DNA of 63,944 nucleotides, filler included, from Polymyxa betae A26-41 (Eukaryota; Protista; Endomyxa: Phytomyxea): NCBI GenBank assembly GCA_003693705.1. It is 4 parts of 4 records of this genome, joined end to end, with 100 filler letters (N's around TTAATTAATTAA, not from the genome) between each part and the next. Parts side by side here need not be neighbours in the genome. Positions count along the whole stretch, not along the records: positions 61,753 to 63,944 come from RBZT01000801.1; 3 more parts are not named here. One strand, 5' to 3'. Shown piece by piece: positions 62,650 to 63,944 of this stretch (position 1 is its first letter; each line of letters starts with the position of its first letter). The notes under the pieces were generated by a model. It saw only the letters and a program-made list of their open reading frames with translations, ran no database searches and was not told where the DNA came from. The position numbers and the translations under genes were made by a program.

Positions 62650-63944
62650 TAACTACAGCTGGATTTTCCGAGAAGCATGCTTGTTGTTTCGAGGATTGTA
62701 AGGATGTGATCGCGAAGGCTGTGACCTTGGCGCATCCTATAGATGACACGATGTTTTGTTTGTTTGTTGACGCCAGCAAAGATCACTGGGGTATCATGCT
62801 GACACAAACAGATCCGGAGATGCTGAAGAAGAGGGATATCGCCGACCAGGGGCACGAGCCTTTGGCCTTTCTTAGTGGTACGTTTCGAGGCGCTCAGCAG
62901 AGATGGGCCATCATTGAGAAAGAAGCCTTTCCCATTATGGAGGCTACGATTCGCCTGAAGCATTTCTTATTAAGGGACAAAGGGTTCACGATTTTCACTG
63001 ACCATAGGAATTTGGTCTATATATTCGACCCGGAACGCCGAGCTGTGAATGAAGCGAAGAACACCAGCGATCGGCTGGAGAGGTGGACCTGGAGATTAAG
63101 TCCTTTTCGGTACATGATTTACCATATTTCTGGAGAGACTAACATTTGGATATTCTGAGACGTTGGAAGTCGCCTGTTGTCTCTGTGAATTCTTTTCAGG
63201 CCGGAGAGAAGCCTGGAATGACGTTTCGGCCAGGCCTAGTCTGGAAGGACTGGAAGGATGCGGTCTGGCCAACGCTGGAATCTATTCGAGCGTCTCAGCT
63301 GGAGATGTTAGATAGTCTGGAAGAGGCGACCAAGTCTCGTCTGTCGGTTGATGAAGATTCTGGTCTCTATACGGATGAAGAAGGCCGCGCGTGGGTGCCG
63401 ACTGAGCATCTGAGGGTTCGTTTAAGTATTATAGCCCACTGTGCTAGCGCTGGACATCGTGGTGTCGATGCCAAGTTGATGGAGATCGGAAAGCGATTCT
63501 GGTGGCCAACAATGTCGCGGGACGTCGAGCTGTTCGTCCGACAATGTTTGAACTGTCTGGTTATCAAGGATAAGGTTATCGCGAGACCGCTTGGACATGC
63601 CATTCATGCTGCGAAATCTAACCAGGTCATTCATTATGATTTTCTGTTCATTTCGAAGCCACCGAAATCAGTTACACATTCTTTCAAGTATGTCTTAGTT
63701 TAGTGGATGATTTCTCCGGGTTTAAGGAGCTTGTTCCTGCCGTCGAAGCAGACCATTCTGTGGCTGTGAAGGCGCTGCTTCAATGGTTTATGCGCTTTGG
63801 AGTTGTGCCTATTCATGTATCTGATCGCGGATCACATTTTAAGAATAAGGTGATGGAGGATTTGGAACGAATCCTTGAGATCAAGCATCATTTCTGTCTG
63901 CCAAATTTGCATTGGCCAAATGGCACGATTGAACGCCAGAATCG
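62650..63944 (+). mobile_element. Gypsy pol fragment (RNase H, integrase zinc finger and core), disrupted, runs off the window
   Basis: LFVDAS, LAFLSG.F..AQQRWAIIEKEAF, IFTDHRNL, AHC...GHRG, WWPTM..DV..FV..CLNC, HYDF, VDDFS, SDRGSHF, NGTIER. Confidence 0.93.

Overview
Eukaryotic, intron-containing, gapped draft-assembly window of moderate GC. Short (~45-125 nt) introns, a flagellar-root protein gene, secreted orphan genes, oomycete-like transposons and scattered (A)AACCCTA motifs suggest a flagellated protist, possibly a plant parasite such as a plasmodiophorid (inference only). About half the window is decayed or nested transposons: hAT, PHIS/Harbinger-type, mariner, CACTA, MULE, several Gypsy and Copia LTR elements, LINE and SINE remnants, and a Polinton-type integrase fragment. 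Host genes are a Kelch + cytochrome b561 protein, tRNA-Pro(CGG), a signal-peptide protein kinase, an SF-assemblin/beta-giardin-like protein, a CDK9-family (PITAIRE) kinase and several unknowns. The most interesting signal only appears after manual splicing. Two paralogous minus-strand genes (8802-11055 and 39224-41279) encode signal peptide, then DLN/EAR-type motif, then basic NLS (an AT-hook in one copy), then three tandem Cys/His-rich repeats. This looks like a candidate family of secreted effectors mimicking plant transcriptional repressors, although both copies carry frame lesions. A mariner transposase split by three insertions within ~25 bp can be reconstructed base by base. All gene models were derived by eye; no searches were run.
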